Position numbers and translations under genes: made by a program. Below the pieces are notes generated by a model. The model did no database searches. It saw nothing but the letters and a program-made list of their open reading frames with translations, and was not told the DNA's origin. A stretch of 64,000 nt of DNA from Eledone cirrhosa. Taxonomy: Eukaryota. The number at the start of each line of letters is the position of its first letter. Positions within the stretch are counted from its first letter, which is position 1. The stretch covers positions 41,602,001 through 41,666,000 of the forward strand of contig OZ024745.1 in NCBI GenBank assembly GCA_964016885.1. The letters run 5' to 3'. Below are positions 47,838-62,082 of this stretch, in pieces.

Positions 47838-48623
47838 ATGAGTCAACATCATTTGCCGTCCTTCGCAGGCGACATCAAGTTGTGGTTTGCGCAGCTGGAA
47901 TGTTTCTTCGAATTGACGAGGACAAAGGAACAGCATAGGCTGAAGGTCCTGATCAATGGCCTACCTGTTTCCTTGGCATTCTCGGTGAGGGACGTTGTGA
48001 CGGATTTAGACGCCGACGTTACCTACGGCTCATTAAAAAAAGAAATCCTTCGCCGAAATACCAAGTCGGTAGAGAGCCGTTTTCGGGAGTTGTTGGACGA
48101 TGCTCAAATGGGTGACAGGAAGCCGAGCTCCTATTTGCGACATTTGCGGGAGTTGAGCGACTCTCAGGGGATTGACACCCCCTTCATAAAGCAACTTTTT
48201 TTCTCACGCCTACCACCAAGTGCGCAAAGAATATTGGTCAATAGTTTAGAGAAGGATTCATTAGAGCAACTTGCCGCGTCCGCGGATAGGATACTTGAGG
48301 TGGACTCGAACAGCAATCAGCATAATGCTTATGTGGCTTCAGCTTGCGTCCCTCCACGCAGTTCTTCTGTGGCCGACGGCAAACTGTTGGAGTTGATTGA
48401 AGCTCTCACCAAAAAGGTAGAGGATTTGACGGTACATCAGAGAGAGCCTTCTCAACGTTTGAGGTATCGTTCGCCGCCGTCCTCTATTCATCGCCAGCAC
48501 TACAACGCAGGCAACAATAATTCTTCGTTGTGTTGGTACCATGCTAACTTCGGCAGTAGGGCGCAACGTTGTCGCACGCCCTGTGATTATAAGAGATCGG
48601 GAAACGCAAAGCAGAGCCACTAG
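47838..48623 (+). CDS. gag: Gag with CHCC motif
   Basis: LPSF...[31 protein letters not shown]. Confidence 0.93.
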   Translation: MSQHHLPSFAGDIKLWFAQLECFFELTRTKEQHRLKVLINGLPVSLAFSVRDVVTDLDADVTYGSLKKEILRRNTKSVESRFRELLDDAQMGDRKPSSYLRHLRELSDSQGIDTPFIKQLFFSRLPPSAQRILVNSLEKDSLEQLAASADRILEVDSNSNQHNAYVASACVPPRSSSVADGKLLELIEALTKKVEDLTVHQREPSQRLRYRSPPSSIHRQHYNAGNNNSSLCWYHANFGSRAQRCRTPCDYKRSGNAKQSH

Positions 48624-48641
48624 GAGCGGCTAGTGAACTCT
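48599..48641 (+). promoter_or_regulatory. -1 programmed ribosomal frameshift signal
   Basis: Slippery G GGA AAC in the gag frame, a 6-nt spacer, then hairpin CAGAG-C-CACTAG/gagcgg/CTAGTG-AA-CTCTG. Confidence 0.8.
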
Positions 48642-51600
48642 GGGAAAACCGACCGAACCGCCATCTTTTCGTATACGACCTGCGGTCAAAAAAATATTTC
48701 CTTGTCGATACTGGCGCGTCGCTGAGTATTTGGCCTGTCAGTTATCTCAAAAAAAGCCCAGCCGAAGCAGATATAAATCTACGAGCAGTCAACCACACGG
48801 CCATTCGAACGTATGGGCAAATTTCGCTTCCGCTTCGGTTAAAAAATTTGCGGCGTGATTTAAGGTGGAAGTTTACTGTCGCCGACTTGCCATACGCCAT
48901 TTTGGGAGCGGACTTTCTCCACCATTTTTCCTTGTTGGTGGACATTCGCAGACAACGCCTTGTTGATTCTGAAACAGGCCTTTCTTTCGAGGGTTCAGAG
49001 CCGGACGTCGCCACCGTCAGCCCTTCCTTTTTCTTGGCTGAAGTGGGCAACCAGTATCAAAGCCTGCTACATTCATTCCCTCAGTTGACGCAGGGAAAGT
49101 TAAGAATAACTAGCCCGGATCATGCGATTGAACACTTCATATCCACTACAGGTCCACCTGTTTTCTCACGTCCTCGAAGATTGTCTACAGAGAAGTTGAA
49201 AGCTGCACGCCTTGAATTCGACCACATGCTGGAATTGGGAATAATTCGGCGCTCCACAAGTCCTTGGGCATCGCCTCTGCATATGGTACCTAGATCTTCT
49301 GGGGATTGGAGACCGACGGGTGACTACCGACGCTTAAACGCGATTACTGTGCCTGACCGTTATCCAATCCCGCATTTGCAGGATTTTGCGTCGTCATTGC
49401 AGGGTTGCAGAATCTTTTCTAAGCTTGATTTGATCCGCGCTTATAACCAAATTCCGGTTAACGAGGAGGATATCCCAAAGACTGCTATTGCCACTCCTTT
49501 CGGATCGTTCGAGTTCCTCACTATGCCTTTCGGCCTTAGAAACGCTGCAAGTACCTTCCAACGATTTATGGATGATATTACTCGGGGCCTGGATTTTGTG
49601 TACACGTATATCGACGACGTGTTGATTGCTAGTTCTTCCCCTCAGCAGCATTCAAAGCATCTGGATCTCGTATTTCGACGTTTACAGAGATATAATGTTC
49701 GAATTAATGCTTCCAAGTGTGTTTTCGGCTCGACTTCACTAACATTTTTAGGCCATCTGATTGACGCCGACGGTATTCGACCTCTTCCTGAGAAGGTTAA
49801 GGCAGTATCGGATTTGCCTCCGCCAAGTTCACTGCGTCAATTGTGTCAATTCCTGGGCCTTGTAAATTTTTATAGGCGATTCGTACCTGGTTGTTCCAAA
49901 TTGCTGTTCTCGTTGACAGAGATTTTTAAGGGTTGCCGGCGTAAGAATATGGACATTTCCTTAAATGAAACGCAGCTTGATGATTTTAAAAAAGTGAAAA
50001 AGGCGTTAGCGAACGCGTCTTTGCTCGTCCACCCAGTACCCAACGCCGAGCTATCGCTCTGTGTTGATGCTTCGGATAGCGCCGTGGGCGCAGTCTTACA
50101 GCAGAAGGGTGATGGGGTACAGCAACCACTCGAGTTCTTTTCGAGGAAGTTAAAGCCTGCAGAAACTCGCTATAGCACCTTTGGAAGGGAGCTATTAGCA
50201 ATTTATTTATCAGTGAAACATTTTGCTCATGTACTTGAAGGTAGAACATTCACCATTTTCACTGATCATAAACCCTTGACGTTTGCTCTTCGAACTAAGG
50301 CAGACAAATACTCGCCCAGAGAAACGAGACATCTGGACTTCATCTCACAGTTCACGAACGACATTCAACATATTCCGGGTTCTTTGAATACAGCGGCCGA
50401 TGCGCTGTCTCGCCTGCCGATCGCATCGATTTCGTCTTCCGAGGAGATAGATTTACATCGAATGGCAGCTGCCCAACCCACTCTCGAATCGTTGGATGTT
50501 ACATCGCCAGAGTTTGTGCATTGCAAACTGAAATACATTCCGATCTCAACTGCTGACGGACAGATACTGTGTGATGTTTCGTTGGACTCACCACGACCTC
50601 TAGTCCCAGTGGAACATCGACGAACTGCGTTTCTCGCTTTACATGGCATTTCTCACCCAGGAGTATCAGCCTCAGTAAAACTCATAACAGCCAGATTTTT
50701 CTGGCCTGGTATGAGACGTGACATTGCTGCTTGGTGTCGTTCCTGTGTCGCTTGCCAACAAGCGAAAGTTCATAGACATGTTAAGGCTCCTCTCGGAACC
50801 TTCACCTGCCCCGATGCAAGATTTCGTCACATTCATGTGGACATCGTCGGCCCGTGGCCGGTTAGTCGTGGTTTTTCGTATCTTTTGACGATTGTTGACC
50901 GTTTTTCGCGTTGGCCTGAAGCCGTCCCTATAACAGATATCACCGCCGAAACCACAGCCCGTACCCTCGTATCTTCGTGGATCGCTCGTTTCGGTGTACC
51001 AACCACCATAACAACGGATCGGGGTCGTCAATTCGAGTCTAACCTCTTCCGAGAGCTAACTCAAATCCTGGGGGCTACTCGAATAAGAACCACGGCTTAC
51101 CACCCAGCCTCAAACGGAATGGTGGAAAGATTCCACAGGCAACTCAAAGCCTCCTTAAGGGCTTCCATAGACTCTTCACGTTGGAGCGAGTACCTACCCA
51201 TTGTATTGTTGGGTATTCGGTCGACGGTAAAGGTGGACCTTGGGTTCTCATCTGCCGAATTAGTTTATGGTACGCCTCTGGCGTTACCGGGGCAAATGCT
51301 GGCCCCTTTTGACCTGACTTCGCAGGACCCCGCTTCCTACGTGTCCCGGCTTCACTCTTATTTCAAGGATCTACCACCGATGGGAACTAGGAAGCAGACT
51401 GTAAAAACTGCCGTCCCAAGGGATATTGCCTTGTGGACCCATGTGTTCGTTAGAGACGACGCCGTGAGACCCCCTCTTCAACGGCCGTACTCTGGACCCT
51501 ATCGTGTGCTTGCTCGCACAGACAAACATTTCACACTGGACATTCGGGGTTCCAGGGAAACGGTTTCCGTTGATCGTCTCAAACGAGCAAACCTGGACAA

Positions 51601-51754
51601 TGACACAATGACACTTGAAACTCAAATGCCCCCCTCTTTTTCTTTGCCACACAGGCCTATTTCTTCCCCTCCCCCACCATCAACACACAGAACTACGACC
51701 CGTTCTGGGCGAAGGGTGCATTGGCCCCGTAAGCTATGCAGTAATATAAACTGA
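48599..51754 (+). CDS. pol: Pol (protease, RT, RNase H, integrase) in the -1 frame, uninterrupted
   Basis: Open from the slippery site: [61 protein letters not shown]. Confidence 0.95.
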   Translation, partial: GKRKAEPLGAASELWENRPNRHLFVYDLRSKKYFLVDTGASLSIWPVSYLKKSPAEADINLRAVNHTAIRTYGQISLPLRLKNLRRDLRWKFTVADLPYAILGADFLHHFSLLVDIRRQRLVDSETGLSFEGSEPDVATVSPSFFLAEVGNQYQSLLHSFPQLTQGKLRITSPDHAIEHFISTTGPPVFSRPRRLSTEKLKAARLEFDHMLELGIIRRSTSPWASPLHMVPRSSGDWRPTGDYRRLNAITVPDRYPIPHLQDFASSLQGCRIFSKLDLIRAYNQIPVNEEDIPKTAIATPFGSFEFLTMPFGLRNAASTFQRFMDDITRGLDFVYTYIDDVLIASSSPQQHSKHLDLVFRRLQRYNVRINASKCVFGSTSLTFLGHLIDADGIRPLPEKVKAVSDLPPPSSLRQLCQFLGLVNFYRRFVPGCSKLLFSLTEIFKGCRRKNMDISLNETQLDDFKKVKKALANASLLVHPVPNAELSLCVDASDSAVGAVLQQKGDGVQQPLEFFSRKLKPAETRYSTFGRELLAIYLSVKHFAHVLEGRTFTIFTDHKPLTFALRTKADKYSPRETRHLDFISQFTNDIQHIPGSLNTAADALSRLPIASISSSEEIDLHRMAAAQPTLESLDVTSPEFVHCKLKYIPISTADGQILCDVSLDSPRPLVPVEHRRTAFLALHGISHPGVSASVKLITARFFWPGMRRDIAAWCRSCVACQQAKVHRHVKAPLGTFTCPDARFRHIHVDIVGPWPVSRGFSYLLTIVDRFSRWPEAVPITDITAETTARTLVSSWIARFGVPTTITTDRGRQFESNLFRELTQILGATRIRTTAYHPASNGMVERFHRQLKASLRASIDSSRWSEYLPIVLLGIRSTVKVDLGFSSAELVYGTPLALPGQMLAPFDLTSQDPASYVSRLHSYFKDLPPMGTRKQTVKTAVPRDIALWTHVFVRDDAVRPPLQRPYSGPYRVLARTDKHFTLDIRGSRETVSVDRLKRANLDNDTMTLETQMPPSFSLPHRPISSPPPPSTHRTTTRSGRRVHWPRKLCSNIN

Positions 51755-53351
51755 ATTATATATATTTTTTTTGTTTGTTTTGTTTTGTTATTTTTTTCCT
51801 TCCAATTGTTTTTGTTGTACATTGCATTTTGTTACTTATGGATTCTTGACTGCCTACGGCAGTGTCAATATATTATATTTTGCGTAACATTACGACTGTT
51901 GTCAATTCTGACACAGTCCCTTTTTTTTTGGTGCATTTTTATAACTATGCTACATATGGCATTTTCATTGCCTAGCAAAACATTTTTTTTCCTTGTTTAT
52001 CGCATCTGGGGCCCCTTTATTGCGAAGAGTGTTATCTTTTCATGCATTTTGCATCTTTTACTGTACGTTTTTTTTTTGTTGATACATTCTTCTACATTTT
52101 GTAAACTACCTTCGCTTCATTGTTAACGATTTTGCGACAAAAAATCTGCTCCGAGGTGAATGTAGTGGCTGAGATGGTCGCTTGGTAGCTAGCAGTTGCC
52201 TCCCCTTAACAACCCTTCAGGGAAGGGAGGCAAAAATACACCCGGACACAGCCACAGGTTCACACACTCTTTTTGGACCACGGACATGAACAGACGTGGA
52301 AAGACCCGCTCCTCAAAATATTGACGTTGTAGGAAATTTACTAAATTATTGCATTAAATAAAATGATTGTTAGACTTGATTGTGCATTTATTTATTCGAC
52401 AAAGAGAAACATCACTTTCCTTTAAATCTATCTATAGTTTATTGTGTATTATTTTTAATCTAAAAGTTGATCATTTAAACTGAATTATAGATCTGTCCAA
52501 TCAGGGTGAATTTGGGTCTAAACAAAATCAACCCCAATAGTTGTAGCAGCAACTAACAAAGTAAACGTATGCCCAATGCATAGATAGATGTAAATAGATG
52601 CTATAAAACATTTAACAGCATTCTTTCTCTGCCAGCTCGCCTCATCAACATGTTATCAGATAATTAGCTACGCCTATTATTGTTTCACTTAATGAAAGTC
52701 GTTAAAAAGTATATAAGGAGACCTAAACATTTTTGTTTCGACTGTACACACAGCTAAAACTACATTTTCCGGAAGCAATGGATAATAGACATAGAATATT
52801 ATCACTCGGAGGAATACCACTTTTGGCAACCAAATTGCACGCAAGTTTAATTCTAAAGAAATCTTTAGAAATTCTCCATGACAGTACATTGCAATTATGA
52901 CCGGAGTTTCGGTAAGTGATTAGATTATAGAAGAATAGTAAACCATGAGGGTCCATTAAGACGACAGAATGGATTTATAAAACTTCAATTTTCTATGCGA
53001 TATTATGAAGAGGAGGAACCGTGGCTAGTGAAGTTGGTTTATACAAAATATTTGCTATAGTATCAAGTCACGCATGATAAAGATAATTACGTCACGGGGG
53101 GAATTTTGAGATGATATTGATTCCTTACATAGATAGCAGGCCTCACATTAATAGGTGACATTCAATGCGATTATATAATAGTCGTTCTTTACTGAAATGA
53201 ATGGTTCTCAACTTTACACTGCCTTGTTTCCCCATCCATCATCGCTAATATGATAAAACGGTTATTAATGATCAGCTTTTATGCAATCTCTGGTCCTTCC
53301 TATGCGCCCAAAAGTAGAGATTCAACAAAACAAGTTCCACTACTCTCTTAC

Positions 53352-54179
53352 CAGGGCTGGATTTAGACCTTAAAGGACCCAGGGTCCTTCATACACAAAA
53401 ATTAGAAAACACAGCAAACATCCAATTTTACATTCCAAAGTCGGCTTGGCGCAAGTAATTAGAATTGAAAAGTTATACATACAGATATTAATTTCAAAAA
53501 ATCTAACCATCCACTTTCCACATTAGGATATGTTGGACAGGTTGTCACAGTCAGAGACCAGACTTATCAGAGCGAACACATCTTGCTCATACATTATATA
53601 GTTGGCATGGTTTCTATGGCGAGATGCCCTTCCTAACATAATCACTTTACAGTGTTTACTGGGTGCATTGATTTTGCAATACCAGCACAACCACTTTACA
53701 CAGTTGACTAGGTATAATCTATCAAGGCACCAACACTAACAATTTGCAGGATGTACCAAGTGCATTTTATCGGGGCATTAATACAAAAGAGGTCATCAAA
53801 TGCTTGGCCAGATTAAAGCATTCCCTTAAACACTATATTGTCTCCATTCGATTGCTAATCACTGTAGCCTCCGATCTCTCACCACACTTACTTTTAGTGC
53901 CTTACTGTTTGTACTAGTGGGCATGTCTGTTGTGTTATGGCATATCATCAATCAGCTCTGTCCTGTGTCATCTACTTTGTCAGGTTTAGTTTCTTGATGT
54001 CATTCTTGACAACTTTGTCCCATGTCTCCTTGATCTTCCACTTCAAGCATTACGCATTTTTTCATACAACTCTCGTTCTCCTTTTGTATCCCCTATTGCT
54101 GGTGCACTCTTGCACCGCAGCGGAGGCCCAGGGGCAATTGCCCCACTTGCACCACCACCCCCTATTAAATCTGGCCCTG
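53352..54179. mobile_element. Old non-autonomous hAT-type element
   Basis: TIRs cagggctggattta and taaatctggccctg; imperfect 8-bp TSD tctcttac/tctcccac. Confidence 0.55.
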
Positions 54180-54619
54180 TCTCCCACATCAGACACCAGT
54201 CTCCTGCATGTCCTTAAAAATTTTTGGGAAGCAATGTCTTTAACAGCAACTAAATATTCCTGTCCAATAAGAGAATCTTCTATCAAAACTATTTCTGAAA
54301 GTTTCTCTCTAAATTCAACTTTGTATTTTTTTCGTTCACTCAGGGCTTGAACTGAGATGGGTACATGAAGTAGACTGGGGCGGATGTAGATACATTAGGT
54401 GATAAATAAATCTGGTAGTCCTGGTCAGGGTGAGCACGTTAAATGTGTTTGGACAGTGGTGGGTACATCAGGTTGGTTTGAGAGGTGCAAGAGAAGGAGG
54501 GACATGGATGAAGAGTGGGGTGTTACGACGTGGATGTGTATGGAAGAGGGAGGGGAAAGTACTGCATACAAGATGTATGCTTCAGCCCATGCACATGGAA
54601 AGGCGGGTCGACTGTATTA

Positions 54620-55790
54620 TTGCATAACGCCGAAACTTTCAATCCCGTGTCGTCTCCTTCGAGAAGTGCAGTTGTGCAAAATCAGCTTTTATCAACCCCA
54701 TCCCAAGTCTTCCTGGGTCTGTGACCTTCATGACATGGTCAATCAACTTGATGACTCTATAGTTATCTCTATGTAGAGCATTAGTATTGCCCATGTAGCA
54801 GTTGATGATGATGCTGCTATGCCAGCCATGGGGTATGACACCATTTTCTATTACTTCGTTTACAATATTGGTAGTTAAGGTGTCATCCACCATCCCAGAT
54901 GCTTTCAGCATCTCGGCAACTATCCCAGAAGGTCTAGCTGCTCTGTTTGTATTCATATCCTTGATTGCCTTACTATACTACTGCTAACTTATACCGCCGG
55001 TCCCTCTGTTGAGTTTACTTGGGACAAACTATCTTCTTCCCATGCATTATTCTCATTTAGTAGTCTTTCATAGCAGCACTTCCATGCTACCTTCTTTTCA
55101 GTGTCAATGAATGCAAGTACACCATTATCATCTCGGACAATCTTCTCTCCATGAACATCACAATTTTCCCTGACACACTGCCTCACAATCCTGAACACCT
55201 CACATCTTTGGTCCTTGCATTGCAGAACATGTTTAAACTTCTCATCTCCTGCTTCCTTTCTTTCAAAATATATCTGTAACCTAGCTTCTCGTAGCATCCT
55301 CGTAGTGTCCTCTACTTCCCCCATTCTACCATTATTTCCATGCCTATCTTTTGGCCTTAATTATCTCCTCCACCTTACTGTTCCCCCATCAAGTCACTCT
55401 ACTTCTTCCTAGAGACTAACATCTACCACAGATTCTGTTTGTTATCTTTCAGGAATTCCCACTGCCCCTCTATATTGTGTCTCTAGTTGCTCTTCCTTAA
55501 TACCAAAAACATCAAGCAACATAACTCTAAATTTGATAGTGACTGCAGTGTCCTTTAACTTTCATATTCTTCTCCTCCAGTTAGTCCTCTGTTGTTAAGT
55601 TCATCAAGCCTTAACTATGAGGTCGCTAACTAATAGGTTATGTTTGGAGTTGCATTCTTCACCAGGGAGAGACTTTGTGTTTACAACTCTCAGTCTGTCT
55701 CATCTTGTGGTGAAAATAAAGTCTATCTGGCTGAAATGCTCACCTGATCTACAGGTGATCAAGTGATTGTCTATTTTTTTTAAGTTTGTA
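54620..55790 (-). mobile_element. RTE-clade LINE remnant (APE end to RT start)
   Basis: SQIDFI, PSGIVAEMLKASG, DNYRVIKLIDHVMKV. Confidence 0.8.
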
Positions 55791-56589
55791 TATGTATATA
55801 AATTTATTAACACACCATCACATCTGATTCTAGTTGTGGTTGCTTTCGCTTTTGTCATGTAGCATTTTGACCAACTGTTTTGGTTGTTTTATTTTTTTTT
55901 ACAATTTGTTTTCTTTCTCTAAAGCTTAAGGTATTTTCTTTGAAAGTGAAATTTTTTCATGGATTTTACAATTTTTCTAGTGTGTATTGACCCCAAAATT
56001 CTTATATGGACTCCCAGTATCCATATGCACCCCACTTGTGAACTATTGATTTAGATATTGGATCCTGTATTATCCCAGCACTTTTCCCTATAACATTTAC
56101 TGTCTTGGGAACAGTAACCCATAAATTTGATTATTGGATAAAGGAAATGGAAATTGAATACCCTTTACACCAGGAAGCTTGCCTTATGAGAACAGTGCAA
56201 ATTACCAGGAAAGTTATGGTCACCGACGAATTTAGTGATACCTAAGACCACTGGATGTGTTCCACTATCACACAATATACAGATTTTCAACACCTTTTCC
56301 TATAATAATTTCCCAGAGACCTAGAATTTGGCAGCTGGTGGGGCTAAGTCTCTCTTATGTGGAGGAGGGTATCTTTAACATTAGTTTCCAAACCTCCTGA
56401 ACATGGTGTTTCGAAAAACATACTGGTGATTGTACAACCTTAATATTTGTTGCTTTATATAAGTAAAAATGAATGAGAGTGAAACCAATGATGACAATGT
56501 CTCTCTGAAGCAGGATGAACCTGTTCATTATCCTACAATTGCAAGCAACTATTTGAACCAAAGATGGAGTAAGAATGCAAACATTGTTG

Positions 56590-58800
56590 TCATGGAATGT
56601 TATTGATGCAACCCAATAAATGAGCAGGGTGTGTCAGTAAATGTGTACTAATGATAAATGTATAGAGAGGGATTTGTTCGATGCTACAGAGATAAAAAAA
56701 ATTCTGACCAAGCTGGAACAATAAGAACAATGTGAGTTACTGAATTGGAACTTGGGGTAATTATGAAAAAAGATTTCAATGATCAAGATGCACAGAGGAA
56801 AATTGTTCAAACCATGGGAAAGAAAGATTTTAGAGGCAGAAAAACATTCAAGACAGCTGATAGAGCTAATGTAGAAGAGATAATAAAATATATAAATGGA
56901 ATTATTCATCATGTAAACACAACTCATATAACCTAAATCAATAACCTGATAAAAGCACTTAATGCATATGTGGCAAATGGATGGGGTTTGAGAGACAGCC
57001 CAAATAAGATTAAGAGGTGAGAACCTTGGTGGAAGAGGAGAATACAGCAGGAAGAGCTAAAAAATATCAATTTCTAATTTAAACATAAGGCCAAAAGATT
57101 TGTGGGGAGTGCAAACTCAATTAAACCAACCACAGTACTTGAGTGGTTCTTTATTTTATTGACTCTGTAAAAATGATGGGTTTTGAAATCAGAACATAGA
57201 AAGTCATAATTAAATGATGCAAAGCATTTTATCTGATGCTCTAATGATTCTGCCTCCAAAATATTGAGATTTGATGTAAATCTATTTGGAAGACATGAAA
57301 AGATTAACTGAAATATGCTAATTTAGAAAAAAAAATATAATATGAAAAAGAAAGGTGTAATAAAGGAGATGAAGCAGTGATATTGGCCAAAACATCAAAG
57401 ATCAAAAGACACAAAAAAAACAAAAAACCAATACATACTAATCCATACATTCAATATGGATCCAAAAATAGATATATAAGGAATGAAATGGAAATATAAG
57501 TCAAGAATAGATGATACCAGATCTGCAAGAAAATAAAAGGTTCTAAAAATTTGGAGTAAAAGAAAGATTCCTAATATTGAAGCTGAATGGTTAAAGACAC
57601 TTAGAAAATAAATAAATGTCAATCCATGTCATTGAATTCCTTGAATGAAGCATAAAAATCTGGAAGTGTGAATTAATATCACCAGGAGATCAAATGGGCG
57701 GGGGTATTGAAATAAAGAAAAAATCTACCAAGGCAAAGTTCATCCCTACTTCTCTTCATAGTAAGCTTGTTATTTTTAATGTTGATTTTACAAAATATGG
57801 GTATTGGATATGGCTTAGAATAAAAAAAAAACAGTTCAAAATAAACCAACTACCATTCATGGATGACGTTAAGATAGAAATAGTTAAGATCAAATAGATT
57901 CGTTAGTAAAAATTGTTCATATATTTAGATTGTTCATAATTGTTCATATATATAGATGAATTTCATGGTCAAGAAGTAGGATGTACTTGTTTTGAGGAGA
58001 GGAAATGTTGTATAATCTGATGTGATAGTGTTATCAGATGGACAGCTGATGAAAGACAGAGAGGACAAATATTTAGGCTTATTGAAAAATAAATATGATC
58101 GAGGAAAAAGAAATGAAAAAGCAATTTGAAAACAAATATTTCACAGGGCTCGTGTTGGCTCTAAAAAGCAAATCAAATGGGAAAAAAAAACAAGATTATA
58201 GCAATAAACTCATTGCCTGTTACAGTGACAAGGAAAACAATTAGGGTTATCAAATGGAGCAAGGAAATTAGGAGGGTGGGTAATACAACAGGAAAAAAAA
58301 TAACCATAGTATAGTAATGGTGATACAATTCATCTCGCCATAACTAGAGATGATAGTGATTTGATAAGAGGCAAAATGTTTATGAAAAGTGAGAAAAATA
58401 ATCTTGGTTGATACATAATGAACAGTGTTGAACTATGGCTGAAAGGTGTAAAACAATGTGGCACTTAGTAGACTAAAAGTTACATTGAAAAAATAAGTAT
58501 AAAACAGAAGGATAGAGAAAAAGTGGATGGATAAATTGGTACATGAACAGTGTATAAGATACATGGAAAGTGAAGTAGTTAGCAAGTATTAATGGATTGA
58601 GTGCGAAGAGTGAAGCTGAAGCACTAATATGTGCAGCACAAGAGCAATCTCTAAGAACTAATTATATTAAATATAATTTGGACAAAACCATAAAGTCACC
58701 ATTATGGAGATTTTGCAGAATGAAAGAAAAAACTGTCATCCACATTATAAGTGAATGCAGTAAACTATGATAAAACGAATACAGACATGACATAATAACA
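56590..58800 (+). mobile_element. Highly decayed Dong/R4 LINE
   Basis: NQLPFMDDVK, KYLGL, EALICAAQEQSLRTNYIK, TVIHIISECSKL, RHD. Confidence 0.75.
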
Positions 58801-60425
58801 TTTAAGAATACAAGCAGCTGAAATGGGATTCTTACAAAGTGTCTTTGGAGTAACGTTAATCGATAGAGTGCGTAGCTCGGAGATCAGGGGGAGAAGAAGA
58901 AGAATTCGAAAAGTGAGCATCGAGTGAGAAACGAACTCACGTCTCCTAATTGATGACTTAATAGACTTATAATCGATTCAATTCACTTAGTCTGATCACA
59001 CTCTACACTAATGAATGAACGAAGCACAATCTAATATTCCTAGATTTTACATGTACAGAAATTTACTGGTATGGTTACTCAACTTGATGTTACACCAGTA
59101 ACTTTCTTCGCCTAACACCGGTTTTAACAATTATCAGCCGGTCATTATTTATATTATGGTTTCTATTTAACGGTATGTAGCACGATAAGTCGATACATTA
59201 ATATTGTTATTTATATTCTTTCATTAATGTATTAATGACATATTTCTCGTATTTGTTATCATCATCATTATACATCCGTTTTCCCTGCTTTATTTAATTC
59301 TGCTTCCCCATCCTTTATAGAAAAATGAAACAACGATGTTTTCAAAATACATAGAAGTCATAAACAGCAACTAAATAATCATACACATGATATGTACATA
59401 CATATTCGGTAACACAACATATGTCTACTCCACAGGGTGCATAATAAGTAGTTTTAGCAAAGTAGTTTCACAAAAGTGGTCTACAAAAAACGATGCTGTT
59501 ATATATATAAATATATATGTATGTATGCATGTACTTGACGGCTGAAAGAAATGAGTACTCAATACCGAAGTCTGATGCCCCTGTTGTCATGTCTTTGACA
59601 CAACCCTTTGATTAGCAAGATTCAACCAATTTACAGTGTATACTGGGTGCCTTTATCGCGTAGGTCACCAAAACCAGAGAGTTTGTCACGCCCTTTGTAT
59701 GCATGGTTTCTACACCGAGTCAAAAACCACCTTAAACGGTGTACCGGGTGGGTTTACGTGGCACTAATGCTGTGGGAGGTTGGGTGGTAGCGATAGAAGG
59801 GAGATAAGTATGAAGATGTGACAAGTTCTATGTCATTTGACAGGGTGATGAGTAGGGAAATGGTAGTGTTGATTTTTTTTCATAGCATAGTGAGGAGAGG
59901 ATGCAGTGTTGAGGAAACCAACACGAATAATGCGTGGGGTGGGTTTACGATGGTATTCACCCGTGCCGGGAAGGGGCGGTGGCGTGATGAAAAGAGAAGC
60001 TAAGGAGTGATGGTAGAAGGTGCACAGGGGTGAAGAGGGTTGCTTCGAGAGTGCAATAGTAAGGGTTCTAATGCCATTTTAAAGCCAGTAGCTAAGGAGT
60101 GATGATGGAGAAGGAATGAATGGAGGGGATAGCTGCAAGGGAGTGCTAGTGGAAAGGGGTGGAGTACAAGGAGACAAGTTAGGTCACATGCTGTTGGCCA
60201 GGTCTTCAGTGCAGCATAACGCCAGCCCTGCACTCTTTTTCATCTCTGTTGTATGGTTTAGTTTTTTAAGTTCAGTCTTCACAACCTCATCCTGAGTCTG
60301 CCTCTTCCACGGGTCCCAGCTACTGTGGTTTCTCTTTAAATATATATATTAATTAAAATTTGGATTTTAGTCTTCAAATTTATTATTATTACTATTATTA
60401 TTATTATTATTATTATTGTTATTAC

Positions 60426-60681
60426 TCTCTTTGAGTCTCAGTCATTGATGTTAGTTAACTGGAAAGTTTGTTGAAATGAATATCAAGCCACTACCTGCAG
60501 CCTCAGATATTCAGGACGTATCGGAGGGTTCTTGCTGTTCCCAGCAAGCATGCCTCTTGAAGCGTTCCAAAAAGCGTGAAGGGGCCAATTTTCTTTAACC
60601 ATCACTGGAAACTTTTTGAGCTAGTCCCTAGTGCGCCTATGACAATCGGGATCACTTTGACTTCATGGCAGTTCCAAATCC

Positions 60682-60684
<3 letters not shown>
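60426..60684 (-). mobile_element. Dong/R4 3' end inserted in (TAA)n
   Basis: VIPIVIGALGT and QEACLLGTARTLRYVL*, flanked on both sides by TTA repeats. Confidence 0.82.
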
Positions 60685-60726
<42 letters not shown>

Positions 60727-61263
60727 CATCATCATCATCATCATCATCATCGTTTAACGTCCATATTGCACGCTTGCATGGGTTTGGACGGGAGTTTTCC
60801 CACTTGAGGCAAGAGTGGTTGTCTTGCTTGCATAGGACTGTCTGGCGGGTTTTCTACGGCTGGATGCCCTTCCTAACACCAACCACATTTACAGTGTGGA
60901 ACTGGGAGGTTTTTACCGTGTTACCTACACGGCCACATTACAGCATGGACTGTGTGTTTTTTTGTCGTGACACCTACACGACCTCATTTGTTTCGGCCTG
61001 GATGTATATATATATATTATGAACAATGAAAGGCAAATGATTAGTTCGTTGTTATATGATCGTTTCAGACGATAAATTGATATATTGACTAATTGATAGT
61101 GATTATGCTACCAAATATTACTAGTCTTTATATTCTAGATCCATCTCACCGTCTTCCTCATATATATAGTAGTTTATTGGAGTTGTATTTGCACATAGGG
61201 AACACAAGTCGAAAAATTCGAGGTAGCCCATATACACTTGACGGAACGATATCTCTCTCTCTC

Positions 61264-61295
<32 letters not shown>

Positions 61296-61361
61296 AAGTG
61301 GTAGAACACTGGAAGGTAATATCCGTAGTGGTAGAGCACTCAGTCCATGGGACGAGTTAGG

Positions 61362-61516
61362 TAGAAGTGGTTACACAACAGTTAGTTCACCATACCGAGA
61401 ACAATTGTTTCACCTTAGCGGATCCTCAGCTCGTAATCAAATTATGAGCTGAGGATCCGCTAAGGTGAAACAATTGTTCTCGGTATGGTGAACTAACTGT
61501 TGTGTAGCCACTTCTA
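61362..61516. repeat. Palindrome with 76-bp arms carrying divergent hammerheads
   Basis: 61362-61437 is the reverse complement of 61441-61516 with 2 differences. Confidence 0.92.
61444..61483 (+). ncRNA. Minimal type-I hammerhead (mirror copy at 61396-61433 on the minus strand)
   Basis: gag-CTGAGGA-tccgctaaggt-GAAAC-AATT-GTT-ctc. Confidence 0.75.
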
Positions 61517-61522
61517 TATATA

Positions 61523-62082
61523 TCATCATCATCATCATCATCACCGTTTTACGTCCGTTCTTCCATGCTAGCATGGGTTAGACGGGTTGTCCTGTTGTCG
61601 GCAGTGTCTGGTCGGCTGACCATTCCTTGCTCATACGGGAACTGATTCTGGCTTGATTTCTACAGCTGGATGCCCTTCCTAACACCAACCTCATTTACAG
61701 TTAGTGCTGGGTGCTTTTTCCGTGGCGCCTACATGTCCACTTTACAGTGTGGGCTGGGTGCTTTTTTGACGTGGCACCTCCACGACCACCTTGCAGTGGG
61801 AGGGTGTGGGGGCATATTGTCTATATGCTTCAGCTTGTACCCATGGGAGGTCGGGTACTCTGTATTACTGCGTGACACCAGAGGTCACGGTCGTGTGTCA
61901 TCGCCTTTGAGAGGTGTAATTGGGTAAGGTCGGCTTTTATCACCTCATCCCAGGTCTTCTTAGGTCTCCCCACTCCGCGGTTTCCATTGACTTCTAGTGC
62001 TCTGCACCTTTTAATGCAGCTGTCATCCTTCATACGCATCACATGTCCATACCAACGCAACCGCCTCTCCTGCACACAGCAT
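61523..62082 (-). mobile_element. RTE LINE 3' end with (GAT)n tail (related remnant at 60725-61000)
   Basis: QERRLRWYGHVMR...GRPKKTW; (atc)n tail on the plus strand. Confidence 0.85.

Larger units (their letters stand above)
47047..52424 (+). mobile_element. Intact Gypsy LTR retrotransposon of CsRn1/Kabuki type
   Basis: Identical 264-bp LTRs (47047-47310 and 52161-52424, TG...TA), TSD AATC, PBS TGGCGACCCTGACG resembling the tRNA-Trp PBS TGGTGACCCCGACG. Confidence 0.97.

Noticed and set aside
51785-52126. Hydrophobic 113-aa ORF after pol (possible env)
   Set aside because: Product of a T-rich 3' UTR with a non-ATG start and no furin site or other env hallmarks.
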